64,000 nt of DNA from Malacoraja senta (Eukaryota). The stretch spans positions 248,001 to 312,000 of the forward strand of contig JAXLNO010003819.1 of NCBI GenBank assembly GCA_038087875.1, written 5' to 3'. How positions within the stretch are numbered: the stretch's first letter is position 1; each line of letters opens with the position of its first letter. The position numbers were made by a program, and so were the translations under genes. Under the pieces are notes generated by a model. That model did not search any database and had not been told where the DNA came from. It saw nothing but the letters and a program-made list of their open reading frames with translations. Shown here in pieces: positions 36,308 through 48,892 of this stretch.

Positions 36308-36757
36308 CGTATGAAGAAAGACTGGATAGACTCGGCTTATACTCGCTAGAATTTAGGAGATTGAGAGGGGATCTTATAGAAACTTACAAAATTCTAATCG
36401 GGTTGGACAGGCTAGATGCAGGAAGATTGTTCACGATATTGAGGAAGTCCAGGGCAAGGGGTCACATCTTAAGGATAAGGGGGAAATCCTTTAAGACCGA
36501 GATGAGAAAAACATTTTTCACACAGAGAGTGGTGAATCTCTGGAACTCTCTGCCACAGAGGGTAGTTGAGGCCAGTTCACTGGCTATATTTATGAGGGAG
36601 TTAGATGTGGCCCTTGTGGCTAAAGGGATCAGGGGGTATGGAGAGAAGGCAGGTACGGGATACTGAGTTGGATGATCAGCCATGATCATATTGAATGGCG
36701 GTGCAGGCTCGAAGGACCGAATGGCCTACTCCTGCACCTATTTTCTATGTATCTATG
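36308..36757 (+). mobile_element. 5'-truncated young CR1 with 8-nt TSD
   Basis: Near-identical to 13215-13680; TATTCTTT at 36300-36307 and 36758-36765; absent from duplicate copy 1. Confidence 0.92.
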
Positions 36758-37355
36758 TATTCTTTACTTCTTGAAGTGCCAACAGTTGAAAGATATCAAT
36801 GCTGCTGTTGTAACTGAATTGTGTACGATGTCGTCTAGAAGGTTCCCTGTGACTTACATAATTTAGACCCTGCCCAAGAATGATTATCTTTCCTTTTGAA
36901 TGGGAGCTGCACAGAAAATCCAAGATCTAATTATTAATGGTTGCATGTTAAGTGAATGGAACGGTGTCTGGAAAATGCATTACAAATGCTACAAATAAAA
37001 TACTGCATTACATCGCAGCATGTGTGGATAAATGCTAAATGACACGTATTTTGCTGCATCTTCGTGTCAAGCGTTTAAATTTAAAAATAGAATGTGCAGT
37101 CGTATCTTACATTTCCCTTGTGCGGTTGGTACTCAGCTGGTGCCTGAGTAGCGAGCGATCGCATAATGAGTTTGATCGCTTTGCATCACCTGGGAGCAAC
37201 CTATTTGTTCAACGGTCCACAACGGATGTCCGCGGGGAGGTGAACGCACGCTGTCCTTCACTTTTTTCCAGGAATATAAATATATAGCGGTTTGACTTCT
37301 CACTTTGACTTCTGTAAGTTTTGAACGGCATAACTGGGGACGGCTTGACGGAGAA

Positions 37356-39874
37356 ATGAGTTGGAAGTGGCACTTGGACGTTGAATATTATTATTATCAA
37401 ATTCTAGCAGCAATCGGAGTACCCGGTAGGTCAAGGGAACGCTGTATGTGGGACTGAGATGTGGGATGCTGTGTTGATAAAGTCAATGGTAAAGGTAAAG
37501 TGAAAATAGTGTGCGAAAAACGGGAAGGCTCGACTGCATCCTTCGGGTTACGGCGGTATTAACTAGAAAATGTTAATCTCCTTGATCGTTGGTCGTTCAT
37601 TGGATCTGGTACAGGTTGATTCTCTTCAGATTCAGGTTTAAGTGCATTGTTGTCTTGTCTCCCTGGGAGTTGCAAAAAAAAGCTTTGGTTTGCAAGCAAT
37701 CCAATCAGATCAAATATTATTATATACCAATATAAACAATTCAATATCAGCAAAAGGTAGTGTAAAAGGAGAAATCGGAGTGCAGAGCATAGTTCAAGTT
37801 TGGTAGCGCATAAACTCCAATGTCCGCAAGGGGATATAGGTGAATCGGCAACACCCTAGTATATGAATAAACGGCTCAGAAGCCTGACAACAGAGGGGAT
37901 GATGCAGTTCTGGAGTCTGGTGGTGCGAGCTTTCAACCTTCTGTATCTTCTGCCCGACGGGAGTTGGAAATAGAAGGAATGCTCGGGGTGACACATGTCT
38001 TTGCACATGTCGCCTCCGTATCCCAGGCATTGTGAAGTGCAAATGCAGTCAACAGTACGGAGTCAACATCGTGATATGGGACACGGCTTCATCCAGAACT
38101 ACCTGCAATGAATTGTTTATAAGGCAGAGATGTCCCCACAACAAGCTGTGATACACCCAACAGTATGCTTTCAATGCTAATCTGTAGCAGAATGTTTGAG
38201 TCATTAGATGCAGGTCAGAGTTCCTCAGTCTTCTCAGTAAAGGTGTTGGTCTGGATATCGGAGAGAGATATTAATGAGATATTAACTGCGATGAACTTGA
38301 GGTCCTCAACCACTTCCACTTGAGCACCATTGATGGTGACCGGTGATCCACCGCTTTTCCGGAAATCGATAACAAACTCCTTCGTCTTGTTGACACTGAC
38401 GTTGAGATTGTTATTATCTGGAAACTTGTGGGAGCAGAAACAGACGAATTTGGCCGCGGGGTCGTGAGTGTAGAGGGTGTAGACGGGTACGGAGCAAACA
38501 TCTTTATATGGCACAGTTGTAAGAATTATTGTGGAAGGGGTGTTATCACAAATTCTCGCTGGTGTACTGATCGCTAGGTTCGGGAGTTTATCAATGGGTT
38601 TGAATGGGAGTAGTATCGAAGGCAAGTTCTCCAGCGGAGAAATGGGAATCTAACTTTCGACTCCTTCCTGCCTGGCTGTTCCAGAGAAGAGGTTAGGTCC
38701 AGGACGATGGTGTCTGATGCGGACATGTTGCTGCAATATGCAGTCTGTGGTGCATCAAGGGTGGCTGGGAGACAGCTCACGCTGCCTGCGTATACCGCCG
38801 CTAGCTAATCCGCACAGCTCCTTAGCACGCACCCAGGTTTGCAAGTGGGCCAGCTGTTTTCGAACAAATAAGCAAAGCGTACCTATAATTGACCCCGCCT
38901 CCAAATTAGCATCGCGTTTCCTTACATGTAACGACAGTTTCCTCTTTTCTACTCACCCAGTGAACTTGCTGGCGATTGTGATCCTGTCCCGCAGAAATTG
39001 TGGTCTCTCCAAATGCACCACTCGTTACCTGGTGGCCATGGCGACGGCGGACCTCTCAGTGATAGTCTGCGAAGTGATATTACATCGGATTGCCGACCTT
39101 TACTGGGTGGACACATTCCTCTTCCACAATACTGTGTGCAGGTGCATTATGTTCCTCGCCCCCGCGGCCGTAGCCTGTTCGGTTTGGCTCACGGTCGCTT
39201 TCACATTTGATCGCTTTGTGGCCATTTCCACTCAGAATCTGAGAACCAGATACTGCACCGAAAGAACCGCGGTGGTGGTTATAGTGACCCTAACTGCATT
39301 CTTCTGTATACAGAACGCGCCCTGGCCGTTTGCGTACACTTATTATCTCAGGGATCAGCAGGGTATACTGTGGGGTTGCCGAATACGATTTCACTTTTAT
39401 ATCCTATCCTCGTGGATAGCATTTTCCTGGACTCAACAGCTGCTAATCCCAGTCATTCCGTTTTGTTTGATTATGCTGATGAACGTGCTCACTGTCAGAC
39501 GCATTTTAGTGGCCAGTCGTGTCCGCAGAATACTCCGCGATCTCAGTAGTGAGGACCCCGAGATCGCAAACCGCAGACGGTCCGTAATTTTACTCCTTGC
39601 AATCTCCAGCAGTTTTATGCTGCTCTGGGGCACAAATGTGGCATATTTCGTTTACTATCGATGTACGAACGCATTTTGGTTCAGGGGGTTGAAGAACCGA
39701 TTTGCAACATTTGAACAAACTGGAATTATGCTACAATTGTTGAACACCTGCACAAACACGCTCATTTACACCGTGACCCAGAGGAGGTTCAGAGAGCAGC
39801 TGCTCCAGGTACTCAAGTGCCCCTTCACCCTAACTGTAAGTTTAATAAAATCTAGAAAACCTGGTGTAAAATAA
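37356..39874 (+). CDS. GPR139-like class A GPCR, intact two-exon gene (37356-37425, 38961-39874; 327 aa)
   Basis: Exon 1 MSWKWHLDVEYYYYQILAAIGVP G|gtaggt; acceptor cacccag|TG gives V-N-L in frame. Seven hydrophobic segments, DRF, NTLIY; phase-1 intron in TM1 as in GPR139. The start codon may lie further upstream. Confidence 0.88.
37780..38500 (-). mobile_element. Rex/Babar-like fragments in the GPCR intron
   Basis: ORF 38215-38625: NNNLNVSVNKTKEFVIDFRK...VEVVEDLKF. Confidence 0.75.
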
Positions 39875-41859
39875 CATTACAATACTAATCCTTTCGTGAG
39901 TGAGTGCAAAAACTAGATAATGAAGAAGTTTAATCTGAAATCTTTCCGCATCAATTAAAAAAAATAGCTGAGAAATACAATCTGAACGCGTCCCCTGCGC
40001 TGGAATGCACATTTGGCCATCTATTTAACATGCGACACGGGCGCGTTGTTCAAAGTGTCCAGTGGGGAGGGCGGCCATGTGGAACCGAGTGCTATGTTGT
40101 ACTGGAGCAGACCTCCAATGATTCCGGAATTGAACCTCGCCGTTTACTGTTTCCACCTTCCTTTAAATCCAGCGGCAACGTCTCCAGCACCTAATGAAAA
40201 CAGACATAGAGTTATGGTCCTAAACATTGCATCCTCCATTAATCTACTCTTTTTGAGACGTTCCATGGTTACGTATGTAAGTGCCCAGTGCACAAATGTG
40301 TTTAATAAAATTCTTGCTGCAACATTTACGTTAATGAGAGTTCGATTTTATTTTTGCTTCTCGCACTGAATGTAATGCCTCATTGCTTCTTACAGAGGCT
40401 TTCGGTTTTCATCACAATTATTAACTCTGGACTAGATGCAGCCAAAGGTAGTGGGTGCTATTCATACAAGTTGGCATTACTAATTGTATTTTTAATGGAA
40501 GCAGAGTGTAACAAGCGAGTTCCAGTAGAGGGCGGTAAAGTGAGTAAATCACCTGTGTGGTCAAGAGATTCTGAATCGATTTGCATTAATGTCCCACCTC
40601 CATTGATGCAGCGCCGACGCTGGAGCTCTGCCGAGGCGAAGTAGCTAAATTCGGCGTACAAGTACATATCTGTTTCGAGCAGTTGCATCGTATGCATCAT
40701 TTACAGCTCTCATTGTAAGCATCACGGAGAGGAAGTAGTTCAAAGGATTGCTTCTCCGGCTCGAGAGCATTTCTTGTCGGGTAGGCGACGTATCGGCTGT
40801 TTAGTTATCTGCAGCACAAAAAATGGAGAATGATGAACTAACATTTTATCGAAATATAAACTGATAACTAAAGTATTTTTGGGACAAAATTAGTTTTCCT
40901 TCAGTTGTTTGTGCCAGTTTTGATATCAATTGGGATCAGTATCCATTTGTGACGTGGCGCCACCTTCCATAGCAATCTTTTCTGAACTTGATTGGCCAAC
41001 AAACCCTCCATCCGTTGAATCCAGCCGCCACGCCTCCAACTGAATGGCAATTGCTCTACTCTTCCGGTCCTCGTCTCTTCCCCCTCATCAAACCATTCTT
41101 CTCTAAAACCATCTCTGATTGCTCATGTAAGTACTCAGGTTACAAATCTGCTTGATATAATGAGATTACAATGTACATTAAAGATTCAGTCTTCACCCGT
41201 TGCATCCAACGGTAGCGGATGGTGTTTATTCAAGCAAGGGAAACATTTTTTTTGGAAGCAGACTCCAGTAGTCGGGGCGGTAAAGCGAGAAGGTTCGCTT
41301 TTCTGATTGGTCAAAGTTGCAAATTGGTCTGACATGTATCTCCCAAGCCACTACCAAAGCGCAGACGCTGCAACTCCGCAGTGGCAAAGAGAGTAGAATT
41401 AAAACAAGAGGAAAACGCTCGAAAGGAAGCTTCTCAGATACGAGTGCATCTCGGGTAGGACTCCGCAGTTGGGCAGACATTGAGAAAAATGGAGAAGGCT
41501 TCCAATTAAAATGTAACTGATTACGAAAAATAAGGGAACTTTCAGCTGTTTTTGCCAGCTAAGATACTCATGAGGATCAAGGTTGATTGGTGACTTTTGA
41601 CTTGGCGGCAACTTCGGCACAAATCTTTCCATAACATAATTTACAATCCTCCATACTTTGAATGCAACAGCCAAGCCTTCAGCTCTCAATGCCAATAGGT
41701 CCACAATTCCGTTCTTCAACCGTTCCATGCCCATCACTCTTTTCTTTTTGATGCCATCCATGATTTTATATGTAAGTACCCAGACCACAATACTTGATAA
41801 CCTACTTTTAGACTGCTTCTCCCACATTCGTGCAATAATATGTATATACGCACATATAT

Positions 41860-43220
41860 TTCATTTGGAGATACAGCGCGGAAACAGGCTCCTCGGCACA
41901 CGGAGTCCGCGTTGACCAGCGATTCCCGCACACTAACACTATCATACACACTGGGGATAATTTAGCATTTTTACCGAAACCAATTAACCTACAAACCGAT
42001 ACGTCTTTGGGGTATTCGAGGAAACCGGAGCACCCGCATAAAAACCTACGGGGAGAATGGACAACGGGTCACGCGGATAACGGACATACTCCGTGCAGGT
42101 AACTACTAGGTATGTTACAAAACTTACCTTCAGTCGTGCTGTAATTCTGCCACTGGCCGTGTGCGCGATTTTGGCGCCTTTAAGGGGGGGCGGGGATAAA
42201 ACGCTGGTTTCTCCTCCCTTGTCCTGGTTAATATTTTGTTGGAGTGCAAGCGTTGGCTGAACAATCGTTCCTAGTGGCCTTTTGTGTATTTTTTATTTTT
42301 ATTAAATCGTCAATGTCAGCGCTAGAGTAATTTTAAAATCAGCTCCTGAAGCGTCAACGCCGATAACGGGGACGGATTTCACACACGGGACAGGTAAACG
42401 AAAGTGGTTTCTTTAAATGTATAAAAGTGCTTCTTAAGAAGCCTTTAATTCACATTTTTTCATGCGACACGGTGATTTTATTCCCCGAATTAACGGCAGT
42501 ATTTTTCATGCCAATACGGGGTTAAATTCACCGCAAATGAACGTTCCAAAAGATCGCGTTCCAGAAATCCTCCCTAACAAGATTATTTAAATCTGTATTA
42601 ATTTACAGGTATTAAACATTCAATTCCTTCCATTTGGCCTGTAAATTCATGAAAATGAGATTTACAAATTATGTTATATTGTGAATTATTGTGTGAATGT
42701 TATTTGGACACTTAGGCTATTTAAAAATGTTAATCTATTCTTAAGAAATTGATAGATGTTTAGATCTAGTAATTGAATTTTGTAATTAGCTACAATTAGG
42801 TAACTAACTAATTATATGCTTTACTTTCATGTCTTCTAAGTAAGATTGTTTCATATTTGTTTCAGAATGCTTCAATCTATAATAACTGAAAATTTCTTTC
42901 AGTTATCTTAATATTTAAGAAAGTTATGGGCTTTTAACTGTCCTCGATCACAGCTTTTGTGTTAAGTCAATGGAAAAGCAATAGGGAACAAGATGCTAAT
43001 TTCCGAGTATGAAAATGGCAATAATTTCTGTAATACTGAAGATATGAAAGTGAATTAGGTGTCAAATTAAACTTTTTTTTATGCTTTATCTGATGGGATA
43101 AATTGCAGACTTTATTTTTAAAATCTCAAAATTTTGTAACATTGCTACAACTACAGTGGTCAGGATCAAATCCGGCTCTCTGGCGGTTTAGGACAGCATC
43201 ACTACCGCTGCGGCACCTCT
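41860..43220 (-). mobile_element. SINE split by a DNA element (SINE parts 41860-42100 and 43149-43220)
   Basis: gatacagcgcggaaacagg...actccgtgcag on the left resumes as ...gtggtcaggatcaaatccggctctctggcg on the right. Confidence 0.7.
42107..43148. mobile_element. Non-autonomous TIR DNA transposon, ~1.04 kb
   Basis: Inverted termini ATGTTACAAAA (42112-42122) and TTTTGTAACAT (43132-43142); AACTAC flanks both sides (42101-42106, 43149-43154); no ORF. Confidence 0.7.
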
Positions 43221-43299
43221 GCGGGTTTGATAGTAAACAATGTTATCGAAAGATTTGTGCAGAAGGTGATGCCAAGTGACAAGTCATAAATCAACCCTG

Positions 43300-43460
43300 A
43301 TCGTAAATACTAATATATATAAACATAAATATTAAAATATATGAATACATATAAAAATAATTGTTATAATAATATATACAAATATTATGATATATACAAC
43401 TAATGTTATAATTTGTATATTATTATTATATTTACTTTAATATATATATATTTAAATGGA
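43300..43460. repeat. AT-rich low-complexity (TA)n region
   Basis: Almost pure A/T sequence. Confidence 0.8.
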
Positions 43461-44044
43461 TAGAGAGATTAACAGAGGACATTGCATCAGGCGTTAAACA
43501 GATTTGAATGCGCTTGGCGGAATGTCACAATTCTAGAATCGCTTTGGCATTACGAGAACGCACAGAAGGAAGAGCAGTTCTCACCAAAGTATGTGGAGGC
43601 TTCTCAGAACCGCTGACAAGAGATCACTTCAAAAACTTCCAGTAGACTCAGTAGATGTTTTTCTCGCATAGAAGGCGGAATGTTGCTCGAAAGTAAATAT
43701 CTGAATTGCTCTCTGGGTATTACTTTCCCAGATTTAAACCAATCCCTGCTTGCTTTGGTTTGCAATTGCAAAACAACTCACTTCCCAAATGATCTTCCGT
43801 TGCCCATGGACCGACCCTTTACCCAACCGTCCATTTACTGTTCTCTATTGAGTCCTCCCTATATCTTTGCAATTTCTGAGCATAACGCTTTTCCTACAAT
43901 GTACGCTCTATTCGTTAACAATTTCAACCAAAGACTTAATTTTAAGCACACAAATCACACGAGATGACCGTTAGTGGGAATAGGCGTAACTGTACGTTCT
44001 CAGCAATGGTCTCTCCAACGTGCATCACTTTCCAATGAGGACGA

Positions 44045-44700
44045 TAGAAACATAGAAAATAGGTGCAGGAAGAGGGCAATCGGCCCTTCGAGCCAACACC
44101 GCCATTCATTGTGATCATGGCTGATCGTCCCCTATCAATAACCCGTGCCTGCCTTCTCCCCATATCCCTTGATTCCACCAGCCCCAAGAGCTCTCTCTAA
44201 CTCTCTCATAAATCCATCCAGTGACTTGGCCTCCACTACCCTCTGTGGTAGGGAATTCCACAAATTCACAACTCTCTGGGTGAAAAAGTTTTTTCTCACC
44301 TCAGTCTTAAATGACTTCCCCTTTATTCTGAGACTGTGGCCCCTGGTTCTGGACTCGCCCAACATTGGGAACATTTTTCCTGCATCTAGCTTATCCAGTC
44401 CTTTTATGATTTTATATGTTTCTATAAGATCCTCTCTCATCCTTCTAAACTACAGTGAATACAAGCCTGGTATTTTCAATCTGTCCTCATATGACTGTCA
44501 CGCCATCCCAGGGATCAATCTCGTGAACCTACGCTGCACTACCTCAATCACAAGGAAGTCCATCCCCAAATTTGGCGACCAAAACTGGACACAATACTCC
44601 GGACGTGGTCTCACCAGAACCCTATACAACTGCAGGAGAACCTCTTTACTCCTATACTGAAATCCTCTTGTTATGAAGGCCAACATTCCATTAGCTTTCT
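44045..44700 (-). mobile_element. CR1 3' fragment
   Basis: ORFs 44135-44440 and 44498-44719 (minus); (CATAGAAA) tail. Confidence 0.9.
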
Positions 44701-45405
44701 TGTAATTGTAAAGCAGCATATCCGGTTCCTTGTTGCTGCAGATGCAACAGCTGATTTTACACCTGCTCTATTCCCACAATTCATGCCAATTCAAATATGT
44801 TGGGAACCATACGAGGTTGGGGGCGATGAACGGGCAAGGAGAACGTACATACATTTAATATTTCAGGTAAAGGATGTGGGGTACTTCATGTTGGGAGAAT
44901 GGTTCCACAGTGGATAGAAACTAGGGAGGGATTTGGATGAGGAGGGGCGGGTGGGAGTTACGTGGAAACAGCCCCATCGAGTCAACACCGCCACCGATTA
45001 CCCGTTCACAACCATTTCCATGTTATCTCAGTTTCGCACGACTCTCTACAAACGAGGGGGAATTTACAGAGGGCTGATCAACCTACAAACCCGCATGCCT
45101 TTAGGACGTGTGCGCAAACCGGGACACCCGGAGTTAACATACGCATTCTCCTGGAGATTGCCCAGCAGCACCCGAGTTCAGGATCACACACGTGTATCTG
45201 GAGCTGTCAGGTAGCAGCTCTACCAGCCGCGCCACTGTGCCTCATCTTGTGTATTCCACTAATAGTGGGCGATTTCCTTCGGCTGCTCCAGTGTCTTCCC
45301 AAGTAGGCGATAATCTATCTGACATTGCCGGATGGAAAGTAGGATCATCAGTAGGAGTTGATTACCAGTTGAAAGATAGAGAGTTACAAAAGTAAGTGAC
45401 AAGTA

Positions 45406-46232
45406 GCCTGCAAAATCGGCTTTCTCCTCGTTTCCTATTGAATATTTCTTCCATATGAACTCGGGCCTTGAGACCTGATGATGCCGGTAACAATATAAGT
45501 AGTAGCGCGTTTCTGCGGTCTCATAGGTGCAGCTGAAAGTCACCGACTCTCCTTCTACCTTCTGTGCTGACGGCAGCGATTGTGTGACGATATCTCCATG
45601 ATTGGGATCTGAAAAAATATATGGATTATGTTTAGGTTTGTCATGCGTGCACGAAAATACGCGGAAGGCCTTTGTATTATATGCTAGCAAACAGATCAAC
45701 TGATAACATACATAAATACAATCAAGTCAAACGCACGTTCAACAGATAGATAAAGGGAAGATAGAGAGTGCAAAATAAAGTTAATATTATTGTAGCCAAT
45801 CAGTCCCAGAGACAAAGGCCAATGTCGACACTGGGGTAGATATGCATCGCATAGCTCCCTTGCATATCGAAGAGAATCGAACATTGCCGCGGCTTATAGG
45901 TAGGAAGGAACTGGAGATGCTGACTTAAACCGAAGTTAGACACGAAAAGCTGGAGTAACTCAGCGGGACAGCCAGCCTCACTTGACAAAAGGAATAGGTG
46001 ACCTGAAGAAGGGTCTCGACCCGAAACATTACCTATACCAATTCATTTTCTCCATGGCACATGGATGGCAATTAGATAGGACCGGCTTTCCATTTACATA
46101 TAGGGAAAGATTAGAGCGGTTCGCATTCACAATGATGGTCGACGTTCCGTCGGAGCAAGTAGCCGGATTAACTGCTGCGACTTTACCTATCAGGCATGCT
46201 CCCCACACAATCCAAATGGTAAATACGCGCAT
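45406..46232 (-). pseudogene. TRAV/DV: TCR alpha/delta V segment V2, 3'-truncated pseudogene (leader 46232-46187, V exon from 45608)
   Basis: Leader MRVFTIWIVWGACLI G|gtaaag; DIVTQSLP...VTFSC; Trp41 replaced by Cys (YLYCYRH). Homology to V4 stops after KADFAG at 45406; no Cys104 and no RSS. Confidence 0.9.
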
Positions 46233-46789
46233 TTTCCCTGTGAAAAACCCTTTGTGAATGTCCCTCCTCGACCAGGTTCTGTACGGCTTTCGGATGTTCT
46301 CGCCTCTACTGTTGGTGCTGGTGGCGCAGTGGTGACGCTGGGCAGGAAGTGACTGACTTCCGCCTACCACAACCTCCTCCCCAGTTGGGACTCGGTCAGC
46401 GTTCTTTCAGGTTAGGTATGTAGTGACTGGGTGGGGAATGAAACGTCCTGCTGTAACAGGGGATACGCGGCTCTACCTTATGAGGAACTCTTAGATATCA
46501 TAATGTAAAGGAACTGTGAGGAACGGGTGAATGCGGGATTAATAGGTTGCGTTGATTGCTGGCGAAATGTACTTTCTGTTTAAATTTAATTCCGAGTTAG
46601 AAGTGATTCCCATTCCCACATCGAACCGCATGGAACGTATTAGAAGCAAGAGGGATGCAAGTTAGGACGCGAGGCCACCTTCAGAGCATTGCATTCAGTT
46701 TTGGGCACGTGTCATATGAAATATGTTGTAAAGCAGGAAAGGGTGCAGAGAAGACTGGCGATGATGTGGCCAGCACCAAAGGGACTGAG

Positions 46790-47128
46790 TTTTGTTTAGT
46801 GTAGTTCAGATATACTGCGCGGAATCTGGCCCTTCGGCCCACTGAGTCCGCACGTACCAGTGATCCCCGCACATCAACAATACCCGACACACATGGGACA
46901 ATTTATCATTTTATAACAAGCCAATTAACTTACAAACATGTACCTTTTTGGAGTGTGGGCGGAAACCCAAGATCTCAGAGAAAAACCCACGTAAGTCACG
47001 GGGAGAGCGCACAAACTGTGTACATACAAGCACCCGGAGCCTCCCCCCGCAGTCTCTCCGTAGTCATGTTACACGGATCTGTGGCGCAGTAAGGAAGTAG
47101 CTATACCGCTACGCCACTGTGCCGCCGT
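46790..47128 (-). mobile_element. SINE (paralog 55200-55518)
   Basis: Same family as 469-765; present at the same position in both V-pair duplicates. Confidence 0.75.
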
Positions 47129-48062
47129 GCCACTGAGCTATATGGTGAGGATGAGGTGGCTAGGACTTTATTCCATGATGCGCATGGTGATGAAGGGTGT
47201 ACAAAATCATGAGAGGAGTAGATCGGGAAAACGTACAGAGTCACTTGCCCCGTATAGGGGAATAGAGAATCAGATGATACATGTTTAAAGTGTGTGTGTG
47301 TGTGTGGTGGGAATTTCATAGGAACCAGAGGGGTAAATTGTTTACACAAACGGTGGTGGGTGTCTGGATCGAGCTGCCGGTGTAGGTAGTTGAGGCAGGT
47401 ACTATCGTAACATTTAGACAGGTACATGGAAAGGATAGACATGGAGGAATATGGGCCAAGCGCAGCCTGGTGGGATTAATGTAGATGGGACATATTGGTC
47501 GGTGTGGGCAGGTTGGGCCGAAGAGCCCGTTCCCATGCTGTATGACTCTCTGAGTCTGACTTGGAGAAATCCGCCCTACCATCCCCCTGTTTCCCCTTCC
47601 CATTCCCCGCTTAGGTACCATCGCATTCTCTCACCATCTTGTACCCGAATTCCCTTTGTCCATTAAAATAATGCTTTATTTTACTGTTTCTCTTCATACC
47701 TGACAATAATAAACCAAACTAAAGTAAACTTGACTTAACGGAACTGAACTGAATTGAATTAAACTAAACTTAATGAAATTCACAGACATGATCTGGGAAA
47801 CGTTCAATGTACAATCACTTTCAGGTATATACGTGTCGTAACGTTAGCTCATCATTTAACACCAAGCTCCTTGGGTAACACTATTTTGCTTTTATTGCTT
47901 CAGATTTTCCCTTATAAGTGCAGTGACTCCATCGCAGCTGATCCGTCAACAGATGGGACCCACCCCGCTCACCGCTATTGGAGAGCCAACGGAGGCACGG
48001 GGCAACAACGAGGGAGCGCTCTGTTTGCCGACGGCATATCGACAACTCAGCTGATAGACACC

Positions 48063-48528
48063 ATGTGGTTCCTCATTAACTGGATGGCGTGGGGAACATT
48101 TTTGATAAGTAATAGTGACACACATGCATTTCTTTTCTCTTTTACTTGTGAAACAGGGTATGAATCTCAGACTTTAAATCTCGCAGGTCTGATCATTTTT
48201 TTCCGTTTGGATCTATTTTTACAGATCACGGCCGTGGAGATTCTGTCACTCAGTCGCCGCCATTAGCAGTGAAGACAGAAGGAGAAGCAGTGACGTTGGA
48301 ATGCAGATACAAAACCACGGGTTCCTACAGTATATAATGGTATCGACAGATGCCCGGCTCAGAGTCCGAGTACACTTTACGGAAAGACAGCGATGGCAAT
48401 GAATGGAAGGCGGACTTTGCTATTGGTCATTTCTCTGTCGAACACCGCACCGGGAGTAAATTCATCAGTTAGACCATCTCAGATCTGGAGCTGAGCGATT
48501 CTGCAGTTTATCACTGCACGTTGAGCCG
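48063..48528 (+). pseudogene. TRAV/DV: TCR alpha/delta V segment V3, pseudogene (leader 48063-48108, V exon 48225-48528)
   Basis: Paralog of V5; TAA at 48335-48337 and TAG at 48470-48472; YYC changed to YHC. Confidence 0.93.
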
Positions 48529-48566
48529 CACAATGGTGGGAGTCAGTATACACCCGTACAGAAACA
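48529..48566 (+). other. RSS of V3 (22-nt spacer, variant heptamer)
   Basis: CACAATG + GTGGGAGTCAGTATACACCCGT + ACAGAAACA. Confidence 0.85.
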
Positions 48567-48892
48567 CAAGGCGCCTTGTGGTTCGGGTTGGAATCAAATG
48601 CAAGCCTCACACGGGTTCCTGTTCGCGGTTTCCTGTCATTCTGAGAATTGTTTCTAAAGTCGTTTTTGGTACGATTTGCGCAGGTGCGACGGTGTCTTGC
48701 TGAGATCTGTCATCCCTGTATCTCTTCCTTCCGTTAGTGGTCCCTGTTCTTTTCTATTCTTTGCTCCGTCTCTCACTCTCTTTACCACAGCTTCGAAATC
48801 AAAGTCTCGCAGCTTCCCAGCTTCTCAAAAAACGCGGTATTTGGAATGTTCCTTGTTCTGTTCGGATTCCGAATTTCTTCATCAAAGTCTCG

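Larger units (their letters stand above)
34851..40630. repeat. Segmental duplication block A, copy 2 (GPCR unit)
   Basis: 34851-37050 matches 8398-10150; 38550-40630 matches 16370-18452. Confidence 0.88.

Noticed and set aside
38717-38960. 81-aa N-terminal extension of the GPCR in the ORF track
   Set aside because: Intronic read-through; a real exon 1 with a matching phase-1 donor exists at 37356-37425.
40940-41300. TGACGT, CCAAT and GC-box cluster as a promoter
   Set aside because: No linked exon was identified, and short motifs alone are insufficient.
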